Assembly (NCBI GenBank): GCA_023667385.1 | Contig: JAMPAE010000001.1 | Location: forward strand, 1-52,833 | DNA from: Ruminococcus sp. | GTDB taxonomy: Bacteria; Bacillota; Clostridia; Oscillospirales; Acutalibacteraceae | DNA length: 52,833 nucleotides | Reading direction: 5' to 3' | Part shown: in pieces, positions 7,362-15,788 of the stretch | How the letters are laid out: each line of letters opens with the position of its first letter | How positions within the stretch are numbered: position 1 is the stretch's first letter | The notes under the pieces: generated by a model | What the model was told of the DNA's origin: nothing | Seen by the model: the letters and a program-made list of their open reading frames with translations, nothing else | Database searches by the model: none | Position numbers and translations under genes: made by a program

Positions 7362-8333
7362 ATGTCCAACGACATTCAGAAACAAAACCCGACCGGGATT
7401 GTGACAACGACCAACCCGGCAACCGTGGGGTTCAACTTCTTTGACCCCGTGCAGTTTGAAACAATGCAACGTGTGTGCAAGATGTTCGCATCATCCGACC
7501 TTGTGCCGGACACATACAAGCCGAAAACCAAACCCATCCCCACCAACGCATCGCCGGAAGCAATCGCCGCGATTCAAGCCGAAAACCGCGCCGCCGAAAA
7601 CAAGGCAATCGCCAATTGCATGATTGCCGTTGAAGTGTCAATGCGCATCGGTGCATCGCCCTTGATGGTCATGCAGAATATGGCGGTTATATACGGTCGC
7701 CCATCGTGGTCGTCAAAATTCCTTATCGCAACGGTCAATTCGTGCGGTCGCTTTGAACCCTTGCAATTCCGTTTCACAAACAAGGGCAACATCGGCAAGG
7801 TTGAATATACCGACTATGTGTGGAACGACCACACACGCCGCAAGGAAGCAACCAAAAAGACCCTTGACGGCACGAACATTGCTAACCTTGAATGTGTCGC
7901 TTATACGACCAAGAAAGGGTCAAAGGACGTGTTGGAATCCGCGCCCGTGTCAATCCGTCTTGCCATTGATGAAAGATGGTACACCAAAGACGGGTCAAAG
8001 TGGCAGACAATGCCGCGTCAAATGCTGATGTATCGCGCCGCGTCAATGTGGACAAACGCTTATGCTCCCGAACTTTCAATGGGTATGCGCACGGTTGAAG
8101 AACAACAAGACATCGTGGATGTTGAGTTTGAGGAAATCCGCGACACCCCGACCGAAAGCAAAACAAAGGAAGAAGCGGTGAAAACAACCATCGGTTTTGA
8201 TGATGCAACGCCCGCCGAACCATCAACCGCCGTCAATCAGGAAGCCGCCCCGAAAGAAACGGTTGACACCGAAACCGGGGAAGTGACCGCCGCGCCCGCC
8301 GAAGATTCTTCAAACGACAATCCCGGATTCTGA
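7362..8333 (+). CDS. recT: RecT-family single-strand annealing protein
   Basis: RecT-like core (MFASSDLVPDTYK...NCMIAVEVSMRIGASPLMVMQNMAVIYGRPSWS) with an acidic C-terminal tail. Confidence 0.75.
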   Translation: MSNDIQKQNPTGIVTTTNPATVGFNFFDPVQFETMQRVCKMFASSDLVPDTYKPKTKPIPTNASPEAIAAIQAENRAAENKAIANCMIAVEVSMRIGASPLMVMQNMAVIYGRPSWSSKFLIATVNSCGRFEPLQFRFTNKGNIGKVEYTDYVWNDHTRRKEATKKTLDGTNIANLECVAYTTKKGSKDVLESAPVSIRLAIDERWYTKDGSKWQTMPRQMLMYRAASMWTNAYAPELSMGMRTVEEQQDIVDVEFEEIRDTPTESKTKEEAVKTTIGFDDATPAEPSTAVNQEAAPKETVDTETGEVTAAPAEDSSNDNPGF

Positions 8334-9103
8334 TGGACTTGAAGATTCTTGGCAGCAGCTCAAAGGGAAATTGCTACATTTTTGACAATGGCGATGAAGC
8401 ACTTGTCCTTGAATGTGGCATCCCTTTCAAGCGGGTGCAAGAAGCGGTGAATTTCAACACCGGGCGCATTGTCGGCGCGGTCATATCGCACGAACACGGC
8501 GACCATGCAAAGGCGGTTGATAAATTCCTTGAAGCATTCATCCCCGTTTATACGTCAAGAGGAACGGCAAAGGCATTGGGAATCCTTGATAACAACCTTG
8601 TCAAAGACGTTGCCGACCATGTGATGTATGCACTTGGAAAGTTCAGAATCTTGCCTTTCCCGGTTGAACACGATGCCGCGCAACCTTTCGGTTATCTTTT
8701 GCACCATCCGGCAATGGGAACGGTCTTGTTTGCGACTGATACAATGTATTTGCGCCACCATCCTTTCGGTCTGAATGACATTATCAAATTTCAAGGTCTT
8801 AACAACATCTTGATTGAATGTAATTATCGGCACGATATAATGGAAGCGAATATCAACGCCGGGAAATTGCCGAAAGTGACCGCCAAGCGCACAATGAAAA
8901 GCCATTGCAGCTTTGCCGAATGTCGGGCGACCTTACTTGCGCAAGACCTTTCGGAAGTCAACAACATTGTCTTGATTCATCTTTCGGACGGCAATTCAAA
9001 TGCAAGCGACTTTCAACGCGATATTCAGGAAGTAACGGGCAAGACCGTGACAATCGCCGAATCAGGCATAACAATCAAAAATTTCAATAAAACACCATTC
9101 TAA
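8333..9103 (+). CDS. Metallo-beta-lactamase-fold hydrolase (likely the recombination nuclease partner)
   Basis: The HEHGDH (HxHxDH) motif is present. The start overlaps the recT stop. Confidence 0.75.
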   Translation: MDLKILGSSSKGNCYIFDNGDEALVLECGIPFKRVQEAVNFNTGRIVGAVISHEHGDHAKAVDKFLEAFIPVYTSRGTAKALGILDNNLVKDVADHVMYALGKFRILPFPVEHDAAQPFGYLLHHPAMGTVLFATDTMYLRHHPFGLNDIIKFQGLNNILIECNYRHDIMEANINAGKLPKVTAKRTMKSHCSFAECRATLLAQDLSEVNNIVLIHLSDGNSNASDFQRDIQEVTGKTVTIAESGITIKNFNKTPF

Positions 9104-9105
9104 CA

Positions 9106-9735
9106 ATGAAAAAGTATGTAGTTTTCAGCCGCGCACAAGGACGCGAAGATGGGTTGATTCTATCAGGTTTTGACCCCGAAGAAGTGCAAAGTAATTTTCT
9201 TGACTATGTTAACGACTTCAACGATGATGTTGTTGATGATGCAGACAAGGTTTCAATCTTTGACTATGAATTGGCAGTTGAAGAAGTCAAGGACGTGAAC
9301 GAAGAAATTACCGACTATCAGACAGCCCGCGCATATCTTGGTGGCAAGCCGAACTTGCAATTCAAGGTCGCACAACAAGCCGACACAATGACAACCACCG
9401 TGCCGACCCTTGAAGATGTCACACGCCTTGTTCAATCCCTGAATCCGTCACACGTTCAGGCATTGCAAGCCTTGAACGAACTGTTCACAATCGCGCAAGC
9501 ATGGAACAAAGCCGACAACTTTATGCCGGACTATTCCAACCGCAATCAAGACAAATGGTTTCCGTGGTTTGTCTATGATGCCGATGCTGCGGGCTTCGTG
9601 TCTGCGAATACGTATGGTGCGCCCTCGTATACGTATGCGAGTCTCGGTTCTCGGCTTTGCTTCAAAACCGCAAATCGCGCCCGTCAATTCGGCAAGCAAT
9701 TCATTGACCTTTGGAACAAGGTATTGATGTTTTAA
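9106..9735 (+). CDS. Small acidic protein carrying a remote DGR variable repeat (VR2) near its C-terminus
   Basis: 209 aa with no signal peptide and a very acidic N-terminal half. The C-terminal AAGFVSANTYGAPSYTYASLGSRLCF parallels the VR1 peptide AGFVAAHAYTAPTSTSAIFGSRLCY. Confidence 0.7.
   Translation: MKKYVVFSRAQGREDGLILSGFDPEEVQSNFLDYVNDFNDDVVDDADKVSIFDYELAVEEVKDVNEEITDYQTARAYLGGKPNLQFKVAQQADTMTTTVPTLEDVTRLVQSLNPSHVQALQALNELFTIAQAWNKADNFMPDYSNRNQDKWFPWFVYDADAAGFVSANTYGAPSYTYASLGSRLCFKTANRARQFGKQFIDLWNKVLMF
9586..9662 (+). repeat. DGR variable repeat 2 (remote VR)
   Basis: Gapless 77-nt alignment to TR 48635..48711. There are 14 mismatches, all at TR adenines, and none at the 55 non-A positions. 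It ends in cggttctcggctttgc, identical to the VR1 3' end. Confidence 0.75.
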
Positions 9736-9753
9736 CCTTGAAAGTGTCGCACT

Positions 9754-10572
9754 ATGATACAAACAAAGTACAACGAACACCGATTTGTCACATCGGACAC
9801 GGCACAAGCAACGGGAATGTTCCTTGCAAAACGCCTTGTCAAAGAGTGGCAAGAAAGTGTCATTGACCAAGACACCGGGGAGGTCGTGACAATCAACCGT
9901 TGTGAAGTCCTGATGGATGCCGGAACGCCGATTGAAGGCAACGCCGCAATGACAATCAACTTTCACATTCAGGCGGGCGACATCACCGAATTTGAAGTGA
10001 CCGACCAATGCCGACAAGGTGTGTGGCACAACGGCGGCGGTGTTACCCCGTGGATTGTTACCGCCGATGTCAAGGACAAGAACCGCAAGTTCATCTTGTA
10101 TGCACGTGGCGTTGAACACGCCCTTGAAATCGCACGGGATTACATTGAATTGCACTTTCCCGGTCATTTCTCCTTTGTCGGGGTCAAGGGATTCAACAAT
10201 TGCATCGCAATCACCGACAATTTCAAACGTGACGGCGCGGAAGCTGACCGCACGATTGAAACGCCTGATGATACCGAAGAAACGATTGACGGCAAATTCT
10301 ACATGATAGAATTGCACATCAAGCCGATTAACAAAGGCATGGAACACGATTCATCATTCTTGGTGTTCACGTCAAACGCGGAAAAGGCAAAGCAGCTTGC
10401 CGAAAATTGGTTGTTGCAACGTGAAGCGGATGAAATTGCAAAGGGCAACTTGACCAACGAATTTGCCGGATTCACAACCACAATCAAGACCGCCACATTG
10501 CTGAATTGTTATTGCGTGATACCGCCGGACTTCACAAGGGCATATCTTGATGCAGAGAAAGAAAACGAATGA
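9754..10572 (+). CDS. Hypothetical protein
   Basis: 272-aa ORF in the early operon. No motif recognised. Confidence 0.5.
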   Translation: MIQTKYNEHRFVTSDTAQATGMFLAKRLVKEWQESVIDQDTGEVVTINRCEVLMDAGTPIEGNAAMTINFHIQAGDITEFEVTDQCRQGVWHNGGGVTPWIVTADVKDKNRKFILYARGVEHALEIARDYIELHFPGHFSFVGVKGFNNCIAITDNFKRDGAEADRTIETPDDTEETIDGKFYMIELHIKPINKGMEHDSSFLVFTSNAEKAKQLAENWLLQREADEIAKGNLTNEFAGFTTTIKTATLLNCYCVIPPDFTRAYLDAEKENE

Positions 10573-10617
10573 CCAACCCGCCCCCGGTGATTGCGCCGGG
10601 GGCATAACCGAACAACA

Positions 10618-11322
10618 ATGAAAGACAAGACATATTATTTTCCGCACGATTATGGGGCAAGGAACGACCCCAAGTTGCAAGGAATCCTTGTTGAGCATGG
10701 AGCGGCGGGCATCGGTGCTTTTTGGTGCATCATTGAGCAGCTTTATGAACAAGGGGGTGCAATGCCCTTGAAGTCGTGCAAAAGCATTGCATTTGCTTTG
10801 CATATTGATTGCAAGGTAGTGGAAAGCATCGTGAATGACTTTGGCTTGTTTGGCAATGATGGCGAAACCTTTTGGTCTGAATCCGTCAACAAGCGAATGG
10901 CAAAGCGCACGGCGATAACCGAAAAGCGCAAAGCCGCCGCCGCAAGCCGTTGGCAATCCTTGCCCGATATGCAAATGCAATCCGAAAGCATTGCAAATGT
11001 AGTGCAACCCGAATCCAAAATAAAAGAAAAGAAAGAAAAAGAAACATCATCTAACGATGATGGTAATGGGGCAAAACCGCAATCACGGTTTGTGCCGCCG
11101 ACCCTTGAACAAGTGAAAGCATATATCCTTGAAAAAGGTTATTCAATGGACGGCGAAAGGTTCATTGACTTCTACGAAAGCAAGGGTTGGATGGTGGGCA
11201 AAAACAAGATGAAAGATTGGAAAGCCGCCGTGCGCAATTGGGCAAGGGAAGAAAGCCAACGCCCCACCGCCCGGAAGCCTCAAACAAGCAAATCACGAAA
11301 CGTCAATGATGAATGGCAATGA
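10618..11322 (+). CDS. Replication initiation protein (DUF4373 / Lin1244-like N-terminal domain plus a DnaD-like C-terminal domain)
   Basis: YYFPHDYGARNDPKLQGILVEHGAAGIGAFWCIIEQLYE lies at the N-terminus and FIDFYESKGWMVGKNKMKDWKAAVRNWA at the C-terminus. The track start at 10591 is a TTG. Confidence 0.65.
   Translation: MKDKTYYFPHDYGARNDPKLQGILVEHGAAGIGAFWCIIEQLYEQGGAMPLKSCKSIAFALHIDCKVVESIVNDFGLFGNDGETFWSESVNKRMAKRTAITEKRKAAAASRWQSLPDMQMQSESIANVVQPESKIKEKKEKETSSNDDGNGAKPQSRFVPPTLEQVKAYILEKGYSMDGERFIDFYESKGWMVGKNKMKDWKAAVRNWAREESQRPTARKPQTSKSRNVNDEWQ
10776..11043. repeat. Ori-like block inside the replication gene: TGCA-motif iterons followed by an A-rich tract
   Basis: gtgcaaaagcattgcatttgctttgcatattgattgcaagg is at 10776..10816. 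atgcaaatgcaat is at 10969..10981. gcattgcaaatgtagtgcaa is at 10988..11007 and is an exact 20-mer copy of 2097..2116. The tract aaaataaaagaaaagaaagaaaaagaaa follows. Confidence 0.45.
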
Positions 11323-12062
11323 AAGATAACAACGAAATCCCCGGTCTTGATAAGATATTAAGGGCAATTGAAGAACGCGGCACGTTTGCCAAAATGACCC
11401 GTTGTGTGTACACGTCCGGCAATTATAGCATTGAAAACGCCTTGAAGATTGTTGAAGCAATCGGCAAGACCCGCAAACGTGATTTTGTCATTGACAATGA
11501 CAATCGCTTTGCTTATGAAAATTTCATCAAGTGGTGTCATTGCGATGCCACGATGAAGCAGATTCACCCCGACACGGGCGAAATCGTGCCGGGCAACCTA
11601 TATTCCGGCATTTACATCGGTGGCACAACCGGGTCGGGCAAATCTTGGTGTCTTGAAATTATGCGGGCATACGCCACCGCCTTGAATCTTCAAATCAGCT
11701 TTCCCGGATGGGATAAAGATGAAATGCGGTCGTTGGGTTGGCGAACCGTCCGTGCCGATGAAGTGTGTGACACTTTCGCCGATTCGGGCAAGATGCAAGA
11801 ATTTAAGACTTGTCAGATTCTTGCGATTCAGGACATGGGGCAAGAGCAAGAAGAATCCCTTTACATGGGCAATCGTGTTGACACAATCCGGCAGCTTATT
11901 GAATATCGGGGCGACCTTGACAACCAACTTACCCTTATAACATCCAACTTGCAGATGGCGGGCGACCGCCTTTTGGCAAGATACGGCGACCGTGTGGCAT
12001 CACGCTTGCGCCAAATGTGTAACAACCTTGTCATTAAGGGCAAAGACCGCCGAAAACTATAA
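11313..12062 (+). CDS. P-loop ATPase, helicase-loader-like (DnaC/IstB-like)
   Basis: Walker A is GGTTGSGKSW and the Walker B-like motif is ILAIQDMG. The gene sits immediately after the initiator gene. Confidence 0.55.
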   Translation: MAMKDNNEIPGLDKILRAIEERGTFAKMTRCVYTSGNYSIENALKIVEAIGKTRKRDFVIDNDNRFAYENFIKWCHCDATMKQIHPDTGEIVPGNLYSGIYIGGTTGSGKSWCLEIMRAYATALNLQISFPGWDKDEMRSLGWRTVRADEVCDTFADSGKMQEFKTCQILAIQDMGQEQEESLYMGNRVDTIRQLIEYRGDLDNQLTLITSNLQMAGDRLLARYGDRVASRLRQMCNNLVIKGKDRRKL

Positions 12063-12084
12063 ATAACAAAATCACTACATTACA

Positions 12085-13218
12085 ATGGAAAATCTTGAAA
12101 TTAAAATGTCCGTTGATGAATTGGTTTACACAACGCCACGCGGCAATGTGATAACCGATTCAATCAAGGTTGCAATCTATTTCGGACGGTTGCACAAGAA
12201 CATTATCAAGTCGGTGCGCCGTCTGATGAAACACGGTCTTGAAGCTGAATTTCGCGGCATCGCGGGCGACCGCATTTGTTATCAAATGACCCAAAAGGGA
12301 TTTGAAGCGGTCACAAAGACGTTGCCCGGTGTAGATGCCTTGCGTCAAGCAGCCATTGACAAGTTCAACGGCAAAAAAGAAATATCCTTTGCCGAATACA
12401 TGGAACGACAACAAGCCGTGACCAATGTTGCCCCGACAAGCATTGAAACGGCAATCGTTATCAGAAACACCGACAATGGGCGTTTCGTTGATGCCCGACA
12501 GCTTCATGCATTCATCAACGGAGCAAGTGCATTTTCAACGTGGATTAAAAGCCGCATTGAACATTGCGGTCTTGTCAGTGGTGAAGATTATGTGGCTATT
12601 GATAGTTCAAACATTGAAGAAAGTTTAGCCAATATCCGTGTCGGTCGCCCATCACAAGAATATGCCTTGACCGTTGATTGTGCAAAGGAATTGTGCATGG
12701 TTGAGGGCAACGAAAAAGGACGTGCCGTGCGACGTTACTTCATTGAAGCCGAAAAGCGTTTCAGGGCATCACAACCCACCGCCCCGGCAATTCCTCAAAC
12801 ATTCGCCCAAGCCTTGCGCCTTGCCGCCGAACAAGCGGAAACCATTGAAGCGCAACAAAAGCAGATTCAAGCGCAATCCAAGCAGCTTGCCGACCAAGAA
12901 GCCGACATTCGTTTTGTCCGTTCCTTGCAGACTGCCGACACGTCAATCTATGTCGCCGACCTTGCCAAGCTGATAACACAAAACGGGGTTGAAATCGGCG
13001 GCATCCGGCTTTTCAAGTGGTTGCGCGACAAAGGTTATTTGACCCTTGACAACAAGCCGACACAAAACGCCTTGCAAATGGGTTTGTTTGAAATCAAGAC
13101 AACGCAATGGGAAAAGCCAAATGGGGAAATCAACACGTCTTTCACAACCCTTGTCACGGTCAAGGGGCAAAAATATTTCATCAACAAATTCATCTATAAC
13201 ACCCAAAACAAGCCATGA
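12085..13218 (+). CDS. Rha/AntA-type regulatory protein with a KilAC-like antirepressor C-terminus
   Basis: The N-terminus has the Rha-like VITDSIKVAIYFGRLHKNIIKSVRRL. The middle has the AntA-like VDARQLHAFINGASAFSTWIKSRI. The C-terminus has FAQALRLAAEQAE...ADLAKLI...WLRDKGYL. Confidence 0.65.
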   Translation: MENLEIKMSVDELVYTTPRGNVITDSIKVAIYFGRLHKNIIKSVRRLMKHGLEAEFRGIAGDRICYQMTQKGFEAVTKTLPGVDALRQAAIDKFNGKKEISFAEYMERQQAVTNVAPTSIETAIVIRNTDNGRFVDARQLHAFINGASAFSTWIKSRIEHCGLVSGEDYVAIDSSNIEESLANIRVGRPSQEYALTVDCAKELCMVEGNEKGRAVRRYFIEAEKRFRASQPTAPAIPQTFAQALRLAAEQAETIEAQQKQIQAQSKQLADQEADIRFVRSLQTADTSIYVADLAKLITQNGVEIGGIRLFKWLRDKGYLTLDNKPTQNALQMGLFEIKTTQWEKPNGEINTSFTTLVTVKGQKYFINKFIYNTQNKP

Positions 13219-13814
13219 AAATCTATATTTCGGGAAGAATCACGGGGTTGCCGTTGTCAGAAGTCCGACAACGGTTTGAAGATGCCGCCATTATGCTTGA
13301 AGATATTGGCTTTGAAGCGGTGAATCCCCTGAATAACGGACTTGAACACAAAGCGAGTTGGAAAGAACACATAGTTGCAGACATCCGAATGCTTCTTGAT
13401 TGTGATGCAATTTACATGATGGACAATTGGATGGAGAGCCGGGGCGCGGGCATTGAATATGACATCGCCAACCGCCTTAACCTTGACGTGTGGTTTGAAT
13501 CAAAGATTTGCCGTGAAAATCAATCGGTGTTGCGCATTCAAAACGCCATCCACGAAGTCATGGGGTTGCGCTTCAATCAATACACGACCAAATGCCGGAA
13601 ACGCGAACACTTCTTTGCACGGATGCTTTTTGTGTATCATTGCCGACAGCTCAAAATGACCTTGACGCAAATTGCCGGATATATCCACCGCGACCATTCT
13701 TCAATGCTTCATTTCTTGCGGAAATATGATGATGATTACACCTACAATCCACAATTCCGCGAAATGGCAACAAAGGTAAATGAATTGTTAAATCCCTTAT
13801 CCAAAGACAAATGA
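13215..13814 (+). CDS. Fusion protein: nucleoside 2-deoxyribosyltransferase-like (DUF4406-like) N-terminal domain plus a DnaA-C-like HTH domain
   Basis: MKIYISGRITGLP... lies at the N-terminus. KREHFFARMLFVYHCRQLKMTLTQIAGYIHRDHSSMLHFLRKY resembles DnaA domain IV. Confidence 0.45.
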   Translation: MKIYISGRITGLPLSEVRQRFEDAAIMLEDIGFEAVNPLNNGLEHKASWKEHIVADIRMLLDCDAIYMMDNWMESRGAGIEYDIANRLNLDVWFESKICRENQSVLRIQNAIHEVMGLRFNQYTTKCRKREHFFARMLFVYHCRQLKMTLTQIAGYIHRDHSSMLHFLRKYDDDYTYNPQFREMATKVNELLNPLSKDK

Positions 13815-14887
13815 ACCACAAATTCCCTTATCGTTGGACGTTGAAAGATGCCCGATTCACGAAAGACAAAGGAAAAGTCTTTTCGTGCTTTGCTTGTGGG
13901 GGGGGGTCAACAATGGGTTATAAATTAGCGGGTTATGACGTAATTGGTTGTAACGAAATTGACCACCGCATGATGTACACTTATTGTCAGAACCACAACC
14001 CCCGCTTTCCGTTCCTTGAACCGATTCAGGATTTCAAGAACCGTGAAGATTTGCCGCCCGAACTGTTCAACCTTGACATCTTGGACGGGTCGCCCCCTTG
14101 TTCAACCTTTTCAATGGCGGGTGTGAATTGCGGTCGTGAAAAGTCTTGGGGTAAGATGAAGAAATTCCGCGAGGGTCAAGCCGAACAAATCCTTGATACG
14201 CTTTTCTTTGATTTCATTGACCTTGCCAAGAAGCTGCAACCGAAAGTGATTGTCGCCGAAAACGTCAAAGGATTGCTTCTTGGGGAAGCAAAGAAATATG
14301 TTCAACGGATTTACACCGAAATGACCGAAGCGGGGTATCATTGCCAACATTTCGTTCTTGATGCCCAAACAATGGGTGTGCCGCAACGCCGTGAACGTGT
14401 CTTTTTCGTTGCCTTGCGCGATGATTTGGTTGACCGTATGCCGTGTCAAAACACGTTGTTTGACGTTACCCCAGTGTTGAAGCTAACATTCAACGAATCG
14501 CCCATCTTGTTTTCCGAAGTGATGGACGGCAAAGGTCGTGAAATTGAATCCGCAGAAATGCGCAAAAGGTGGGAAGCACGGCAACCGGGCGATGATGATT
14601 TTGGCGATGTCACAACACGTCTTTATGGTCGCCGACTGACATTCAACACGCAATTTGCCTATGCCGACCGCGTTTGCAATTGCCTGACCGGGAAAGAAGA
14701 TTCAACCGTGTTGTTTGATTATCCACGTTATTTGAGCCAAAGCGAGGTTTGCAAGATTGCTTCATTTCCGACCGATTATGACTTTGGCGGCAACAAACCG
14801 CACTATGTCGCCGGAATGTCCGTGCCGCCCGTGATGATGGCGCAAATCGCAACCGCGATATGGGGGCAATGGTTATCAAAAATTTGA
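13811..14887 (+). CDS. DNA (cytosine-5)-methyltransferase
   Basis: Motif I is FSCFACGGGSTMG, motif IV is SPPCSTFS, motif VI is ENVKGL and motif VIII is QRRERVFF. Confidence 0.85.
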   Translation: MNHKFPYRWTLKDARFTKDKGKVFSCFACGGGSTMGYKLAGYDVIGCNEIDHRMMYTYCQNHNPRFPFLEPIQDFKNREDLPPELFNLDILDGSPPCSTFSMAGVNCGREKSWGKMKKFREGQAEQILDTLFFDFIDLAKKLQPKVIVAENVKGLLLGEAKKYVQRIYTEMTEAGYHCQHFVLDAQTMGVPQRRERVFFVALRDDLVDRMPCQNTLFDVTPVLKLTFNESPILFSEVMDGKGREIESAEMRKRWEARQPGDDDFGDVTTRLYGRRLTFNTQFAYADRVCNCLTGKEDSTVLFDYPRYLSQSEVCKIASFPTDYDFGGNKPHYVAGMSVPPVMMAQIATAIWGQWLSKI

Positions 14888-14928
14888 CTAACTTTGTAAC
14901 ACTATAAGACATTAAAATTTTCGTAACA

Positions 14929-15513
14929 ATGAAATTATTCTTCTATGACCTTGAAACGACCGGAACAAACCCCGGTCGCAACGGGATTCACCAAATTAGC
15001 GGTGAAATCGTGATTGACGGCAAGACCGTTGAAACCTTTGACTATAAGGTGCAGCCGAACCCAAAGGCGCAAATTGAAGATGCCGCCCTTGAAGTCGGTG
15101 GCGTGACCCGTGAACAAATAATGGCTTATCCCACGATGGATAAAGTTTACAATGAACTTGTCGCAATGCTTGGCAAGTACGTTGACAAGTTCAACCCGAA
15201 AGACAAATTCCACCTTGTCGGTTACAACAATCGCGGTTTTGATGATAACTTCTTTCGGGGGTTCTTCTTGCAGAACGGCGACAAATACTTTGGTTCTTGG
15301 TTTTGGGCTGATTCAATTGACGTGCTTGTGTTGGCTTCAACATTCCTTGCCGACCGCCGCCACGAATTGCCCAACTTCAAACTTGCGACCGTTGCCGACT
15401 TCTTGGGCATTGACACGACCGCCGGGAAGCTGCATGATGCGTCCTTTGACATCTTTGTGACAAAGGCGGTGTTTGATTTCATCATGTCTAAATTCATAAT
15501 GCACGGAGTATGA
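14929..15513 (+). CDS. DnaQ-like 3'-5' exonuclease
   Basis: ExoI is FYDLETTG, ExoII-like is VGYNNRGFDDNFF and ExoIII-like is HDASFD. Confidence 0.75.
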   Translation: MKLFFYDLETTGTNPGRNGIHQISGEIVIDGKTVETFDYKVQPNPKAQIEDAALEVGGVTREQIMAYPTMDKVYNELVAMLGKYVDKFNPKDKFHLVGYNNRGFDDNFFRGFFLQNGDKYFGSWFWADSIDVLVLASTFLADRRHELPNFKLATVADFLGIDTTAGKLHDASFDIFVTKAVFDFIMSKFIMHGV

Positions 15514-15788
15514 CAAACGGACAATATAACACCATCAAGCGCATTATCAACCACGAAATGTCCGAAGATGATGCGGTAATCTTGGGCAAGCGCATAATGG
15601 TTGCGTCAAGGGTTGCATCCGCACTTTATACCGATTCAACCAAACACGTGGGTGGTTTGGTTTATGCGGATGAAAGTGCAAAGGAAGAACGGTGCAAAAG
15701 AATCGCCGAAACCGCCCTTGACATCGCCGATGAAATCATCTTTCAGGCGGTCATGCGAAACCAAAAGAATGCTTTGAACAATGAATGA
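15510..15788 (+). CDS. Hypothetical protein
   Basis: 92-aa ORF coupled to both neighbours by overlaps. Confidence 0.4.
   Translation: MTNGQYNTIKRIINHEMSEDDAVILGKRIMVASRVASALYTDSTKHVGGLVYADESAKEERCKRIAETALDIADEIIFQAVMRNQKNALNNE

Noticed and set aside
9448-10347. 299-aa minus-strand ORF, and similar long antisense ORFs (10372..11007, 20968..21921, 6214..6771, 32527..33087)
   Set aside because: Each lies entirely antisense to plus-strand genes with clear motifs or operon context. Their products are Arg/Cys/Val-rich low-complexity sequences typical of shadow ORFs.
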